Assembly (NCBI GenBank): GCA_963822965.1
Contig: CAWGJT010000006.1
Location: 352,001-416,000 of the forward strand
Length of the DNA: 64,000 nt
Reading direction: 5' to 3'
From: an uncultured delta proteobacterium
Lineage (GTDB): Bacteria > Myxococcota_A > UBA9160 > UBA4427
Each line of letters opens with the position of its first letter. Within the stretch, counting starts at the first letter, position 1. The translations under genes were made by a program, and so were the position numbers. The notes under the pieces were generated by a model. It was given only the letters and a program-made list of their open reading frames with translations. It searched no databases and had not been told where the DNA came from. Shown here piece by piece: positions 59,785-64,000 of the stretch.

Positions 59785-59842
59785 GTCAGCGCCCCGCTGG
59801 GGCGCCGACTTGCAGCCCGAGGACAACGCTAGCGTTGTCCTC
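59785..59842. repeat. Hairpin plus perfect 24-bp palindrome between convergent genes
   Basis: GCGCCCC-GCT-GGGGCGC (59789-59805) and GAGGACAACGCTAGCGTTGTCCTC (59819-59842). Confidence 0.75.
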
Positions 59843-59875
59843 TTGGGAGGGCCTGACGGCCGTCCGGGCGCGAGC

Positions 59876-60874
59876 TCACGCGCCCTGTCCCAGCACCGCG
59901 CGCCCCGGACGACACGCTTCGACGAGGAGCGCCTGCTCGTCTCTCGGCAGGTCGGGGAAGCGGGCCGGCGGGAGACCGCGCACGAGCCCGGCCGCCCGGC
60001 TAGTCCAGCCGCCGGGCGACGCATCGAGCGCGAAGAAGTCGCAGATCTCTTCGAGCACGGCGTCGGGCTTCGTCACGAGATCCTCGAAGCGCACCTCGTG
60101 ATAGCGCTGCGGGTCGATGCCCTTCCGGGCTTCGTCCCCGTGGAGCACCTGGTCGCTCCAGTAGCGGCCGTAGTAGGAGACGTCGGGCCGGGAGGACAGG
60201 ATTCTCGAGAGGGGATCCGAAGCCTCGGGCGGCGCGTCGAAGTCGATCTCGGACATGCCGGGGCCCGTGCCGTCCGCCGCCTGGTAGAGAATGGCGATGG
60301 GCAGGCGGTAGGCGTGGTGCTCGCGCATGGACAGCGCCGCCTCGTAGCCGTCGCGATGGATGTGCAGAAAGCGCGCGGCCGGAAAGCTCGCGGAGAGCGC
60401 CCCGAGATAATCGATGGACGAGCCGGCCCGCTCGATCCAGTGCTCTTGCCCGTGACGCGCGCAGAGCCAGTCGAAGAGCGCCCGGTGGTGGGCCACGGCC
60501 GGCTGGGCGGGCAGGCCCCGACAGAAGTCCATCGTCTCGTCGAAGAGCGCGTCCGGATCGTCCGACAGCCGGGGCAGCAGGCAGACGAGGATCCACGGGA
60601 GCGCTTCTTCGCGGCGACGACGCCCGCCCCGACCGAACGGATACGTGATCTCGGCCACCTCGTAGCCGCGCCGCAGCACTGCGGTCACCAACTTCTGCTC
60701 CGCGGCGACGAGCGCCGCGAAGTCCGCTCCGGAGATCGGCTCGGGGGCGAAGCGGCGGAAGACGTCGAGCCCGTTGAAGTACTCGAAGATGCTGCAGGTG
60801 GCCGGATTCTCGGCCAGCATGCGCGAGAGCAGCGTCGAGCCGCAGCGACCGGTGCCGACGATGAAGCGATCCAT
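59876..60874 (-). CDS. Sulfotransferase family protein
   Basis: FIVGTGRCGSTLL (5'-PSB loop), HIHRDG...S (3'-PB), VRFEDLV..P. Confidence 0.88.
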   Translation of the reverse strand: MDRFIVGTGRCGSTLLSRMLAENPATCSIFEYFNGLDVFRRFAPEPISGADFAALVAAEQKLVTAVLRRGYEVAEITYPFGRGGRRRREEALPWILVCLLPRLSDDPDALFDETMDFCRGLPAQPAVAHHRALFDWLCARHGQEHWIERAGSSIDYLGALSASFPAARFLHIHRDGYEAALSMREHHAYRLPIAILYQAADGTGPGMSEIDFDAPPEASDPLSRILSSRPDVSYYGRYWSDQVLHGDEARKGIDPQRYHEVRFEDLVTKPDAVLEEICDFFALDASPGGWTSRAAGLVRGLPPARFPDLPRDEQALLVEACRPGRAVLGQGA

Positions 60875-60893
60875 CCGCGATACTCTACCCGGC
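60875..60893. promoter_or_regulatory. Putative bidirectional leaderless promoter with overlapping -10 hexamers
   Basis: Plus strand TACTCT-N7-ATG(60894); minus strand TAGAGT-N7-ATG(60874). Confidence 0.6.
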
Positions 60894-62150
60894 ATGTCCG
60901 ACGCCCCCAGCCGCGCCCCGGTCTCCGTCTCCGAGTCGGTTCCCGACCCGGGTGACCCGCGGATCGCCGACGGCTCCGCCTGGGAGCGCTTCGCCTCGCG
61001 GCTGCTGCGGTCGGCCGACCTCGTCGTCGGCGACGGGGTGCCCGACTCCCCGCAGCTGCGCGCCGAAGGCTTCCGCTACCTGACGCGCTTCCTCGAGGCC
61101 GGGATCCGGCTGTGCGTGTCCCACAACGACCCGGACTACCCGATCTTCGGGCGCATGATCGAGTACACGATGACCTGGGGCCTGGACGCGCCGGACTGCC
61201 TCTACGTCTACGCGCCCCTGCGAGGAGACGCCTGCTACCGGGTCGAGGGATTCCGGGGCACGGCCAACCACATCGACATCCAGGTCAACGCCGGTCACTA
61301 CGCCGAGGGCAACGTCGCCTCGTGGGCCACGATCTCGTCGCTCTCGGGCTTCGACCTCGCCCAGCAGGAGGACGGCCGCTTCGACCTGGTGCTCGGGGGC
61401 CGGCGCGAAGACCACCCCGGGGCCACGAACTGGCTGCCCTTGCGCGAAGACGCCGGCTTCCTGCTCATCCGCCAGTACTTCGCGGACTGGGAGCGCGAGC
61501 GCCCGGCCGACCTGGAGATCGAGCGCATCGGCGCCGTATACCCGATTCCGCCCGCTCGCTGCGGCCGCGTGGCCGACCAGCTCGCGCTGCTCGAGACCTG
61601 GCTGGCGCGGGGCGGCGCCCTGTGGGAGCGGATGAGCCGCAGCTTCCTCGGGCTCGCCCCCAACAGCCTGATCGTGCACCTGCCCCAGGGCGCCAGCGAG
61701 CACACCGGCATGGCGGGCCAGGCCTACGGAATCGGGAACTTCCGCTGCGAGCCCGACGAGGCGGTGATCGTCGAGCTCCGCCCGCCGGACTGCCATCACT
61801 GGAGCGTGAGCCTCGCCAGCTACTACTGGGAGAGCATCGACTACGCGACGCGCCAGACCTCGCTCAACCAGCACCAGGCGGTGCTCGACGCGGACGGCGT
61901 GTTCCGCGCCGTGATCGCCCACCGCGACCCGGGCTTCGCCAACTGGCTGGACACGGGCGGCCACCGCGAAGGCTCCATCGCCGCTCGCTTCCTGCGCGCG
62001 GCGGCGGCCCCGACGCCCGAGCTGCGCGCCGTCCCCCTCTCGCGCCTGGACGCCGCGCTACCGGCCGACACCCCCCGCGTCGACCCGGACGCGCGCCGCG
62101 ACATCCTGACGCGACGGCGCCGGGCGGTGCTCCGCCGCTACCGGGTCTGA
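60894..62150 (+). CDS. DUF1214-type protein (commonly sulfotransferase-associated)
   Basis: EGFRYLTR, WGLDAPDCLY, LIRQYFADW, WESIDY, IAHRDPGFANWLDTGG. Confidence 0.72.
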   Translation: MSDAPSRAPVSVSESVPDPGDPRIADGSAWERFASRLLRSADLVVGDGVPDSPQLRAEGFRYLTRFLEAGIRLCVSHNDPDYPIFGRMIEYTMTWGLDAPDCLYVYAPLRGDACYRVEGFRGTANHIDIQVNAGHYAEGNVASWATISSLSGFDLAQQEDGRFDLVLGGRREDHPGATNWLPLREDAGFLLIRQYFADWERERPADLEIERIGAVYPIPPARCGRVADQLALLETWLARGGALWERMSRSFLGLAPNSLIVHLPQGASEHTGMAGQAYGIGNFRCEPDEAVIVELRPPDCHHWSVSLASYYWESIDYATRQTSLNQHQAVLDADGVFRAVIAHRDPGFANWLDTGGHREGSIAARFLRAAAAPTPELRAVPLSRLDAALPADTPRVDPDARRDILTRRRRAVLRRYRV

Positions 62151-63473
62151 GTCCGGGTCCGGGCGAGGCGCCTTCGGGTCCCAGCCGTCGCGCAGCTCGC
62201 GCAGGGTGTGCACGCGGCGGCGGGCGGCCCGATCGACGAGAGCGTCGAGCCGGGACGACAGATCGTCGCTCGCCACCAGCACCTCCCGCTCCCGCCGCTC
62301 CACACGGATCGGCAGCGCGAGCCCGGCACGCCGGGCCACCGCCGGGGCGATCTCGCGATAGGCCGCCTCGAACTCCACGGCGTCCTCCGGCGTGTCCCAG
62401 GCGGTGAGCCACAACAGCGCCCGGCGGCCGTCGCAGCGGGAGGCCAGGTAGCGGTCGCCGTCCCAGCCGCTCCAGACGCCGGGGTCGACCGGCGTCTCGG
62501 ACAGGTCGCCGAAGAGCACGCTGAGCTGCTCCTCTCCCACCGTGTTCTCGGTCATCGGCTCGCAGCCGGGGGGCAACGCGTCCGCTACGGCCTGGAGGTC
62601 GAAGCTGAAGAAGTCCGCGTGTCGCAGCTCGGGGTGAACGACCTGCTCGGTGGACACGGGCGGGTCCTCGAGCAGCGCGAAGCGCTCGCGCAGCGCCAGC
62701 CGGTAGCCCTTCGCATACGGAAATCCCAGCAGCTCGCGGATCAACGCGGGCGCGGTCGCCAGGGCGCCGCCCGGCTCGGCCAGCCCCTCGCGGAAGGAGG
62801 CGTCGAGCTGTTCCGGCGCGGGAAGCTGCCCACTGATCGAGAGGATCCCGTAGAGCATCGCGTCGCCCTCGAAGGCGGCCTGCATGGCCAGCCCCACGTC
62901 GTCCTGGTCCGGGTACATCGAGTCGGCCTCGAACAGCTCGGGATGGGCCTGGTGCTGGAGCAGGTGCACGACCTCGTGGGACAGGGTCATCTCGAGGAGC
63001 AGGTCGCGGCCCGTGAGCGACGAGAGCAGCCACACCGAGGGCGGCACGTCGGGATCGCCCAGCACCAGCAGCGCGGACTGGCTCGGCAGGTAGAGCCCCG
63101 CCACCTCCTCGCCCATCACGCCCACGTAGTCGTCGAAGAGCTCCCGGTCCGCGGGCCAGAGGCCCACGGTCACGATTCCCGCCTCGTAGTCGGCGATCTG
63201 GTGCTGCGTGCGATTGGCGACCACCTCGGCGGCGATTGCGTCCCGCATTCCCTCCTGGGTGACGACCCGCACGTCGATGGGCCGCTTCGCCCGGAGACCC
63301 CGCGCTGCCTCGACCCGGGACACCAGCGTCTCGAGGGCGTCGTTCTGGACCTGACCGTCCTCCACCATCGAGTACGCGCAGGCGACGAGCCCCGCGCAGG
63401 AAAGCGCGATCACCCCGACCGCGAGCGCGCGGCGCCGTCCTACGGGGCGCCGGACGGGACCGGGCTGGGGCAC
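62058..63473 (-). CDS. Putative lipoprotein zinc metallopeptidase-like protein
   Basis: Lipobox LVAC; HEVVHLLQ (HExxH) plus EGDA, FPYAKG, PPVSTEQV, GWDGD. Confidence 0.7.
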   Translation of the reverse strand: MPQPGPVRRPVGRRRALAVGVIALSCAGLVACAYSMVEDGQVQNDALETLVSRVEAARGLRAKRPIDVRVVTQEGMRDAIAAEVVANRTQHQIADYEAGIVTVGLWPADRELFDDYVGVMGEEVAGLYLPSQSALLVLGDPDVPPSVWLLSSLTGRDLLLEMTLSHEVVHLLQHQAHPELFEADSMYPDQDDVGLAMQAAFEGDAMLYGILSISGQLPAPEQLDASFREGLAEPGGALATAPALIRELLGFPYAKGYRLALRERFALLEDPPVSTEQVVHPELRHADFFSFDLQAVADALPPGCEPMTENTVGEEQLSVLFGDLSETPVDPGVWSGWDGDRYLASRCDGRRALLWLTAWDTPEDAVEFEAAYREIAPAVARRAGLALPIRVERREREVLVASDDLSSRLDALVDRAARRRVHTLRELRDGWDPKAPRPDPDSDPVAAEHRPAPSRQDVAARVRVDAGGVGR

Positions 63474-64000
63474 TCAGGGCACCGCCGCCAGGGCTTCGAG
63501 CTGCAGGGTCTGGAAGTCGCGCATGACGAGGTCCCGCGAGAAGAGGCCGGCGCTGTAGATGTTCCGAACGTCTCCTCGGTCGTCCACCAGGAACACCTTG
63601 AGGACGTGCCGGATGAGCGGCGTCTCGCGGTCGGCCGCACCGGGCTCCTCGCCGGCGACCCGCAAGCGCAGGGTGTCCTGGTCGAAGGACGCAAGCACCG
63701 GCTCGATGTCGGCGGGCGTGGCCGCCGTGAGGAAGCGCCAGTCGGAGCGGGGCGCGAAACGCTCGCGCAGCTCCGCCATCTGCTCGGGGCGGTCGCGCTC
63801 GGGGTCGAAGCTCACCGTCACCAGGCGTACCCGCTCGCGCAGGGCCGGGTCGGCGGCGACGCTGCGGTCCACCTGCTCGAACACGGCCAGGGCGGCGGGA
63901 CAGGCCGCCGGACACGCCGTGTAGACCAGCGACACCAGCGCGACCTGTCCGGGCGCGAGACCGAGCATCCGCACCTTCTCGCCGTTCGAGTCGAGCAGCC
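63474..64000 (-). CDS. SCO1/SenC family copper chaperone (5' partial)
   Basis: YTACPAACP (CxxxC), VSFDPERD, WRFLT, conserved His in IRH. Confidence 0.88.
   Translation of the reverse strand, partial: LLDSNGEKVRMLGLAPGQVALVSLVYTACPAACPAALAVFEQVDRSVAADPALRERVRLVTVSFDPERDRPEQMAELRERFAPRSDWRFLTAATPADIEPVLASFDQDTLRLRVAGEEPGAADRETPLIRHVLKVFLVDDRGDVRNIYSAGLFSRDLVMRDFQTLQLEALAAVP

Noticed and set aside
253..60024. Very long antisense or alternate-frame ORFs (253-3147, 12717-15167, 52413-56588, 52664-57031, 56422-60024 and others)
   Set aside because: Shadow ORFs expected at this GC content; they overlap well-supported genes and are Arg/Pro/Ala/Gly-rich without motifs

Overview
Very GC-rich chromosomal window from a diderm bacterium: it has an autotransporter, an outer-membrane beta-barrel and lipoproteins. 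The repertoire (F420-type LLM, CoA transferase, PhyH pair, sulfotransferase/DUF1214, beta-helix protein) resembles uncultured Myxococcota/deltaproteobacterial genomes; this is inference only. About 59 densely packed genes cover lipid/CoA catabolism, aceE-aceF, a tungstate ABC transporter (tupBCA), pepN, lepB, transporters and regulators. I recognised no rRNA, tRNA, CRISPR array, transposase or integrase. The most notable item is two parallel divergent cassettes, LysR/purA and LysR/guaB. They pair closely related LysR paralogs with non-canonical versions of both IMP branch-point enzymes, near two MATE exporters. Other points of interest: a lipoprotein fusing a PheC-like domain to a chorismate mutase, a 19-bp bidirectional leaderless promoter plus other leaderless starts, an orphan GAK-type CofD-like gene, a MITE-like element, a 212-bp tandem duplication, and three frameshifted genes (aceE, pepN, GST), at least two probably sequencing errors. 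All family calls come from motif recognition by eye, not database searches.
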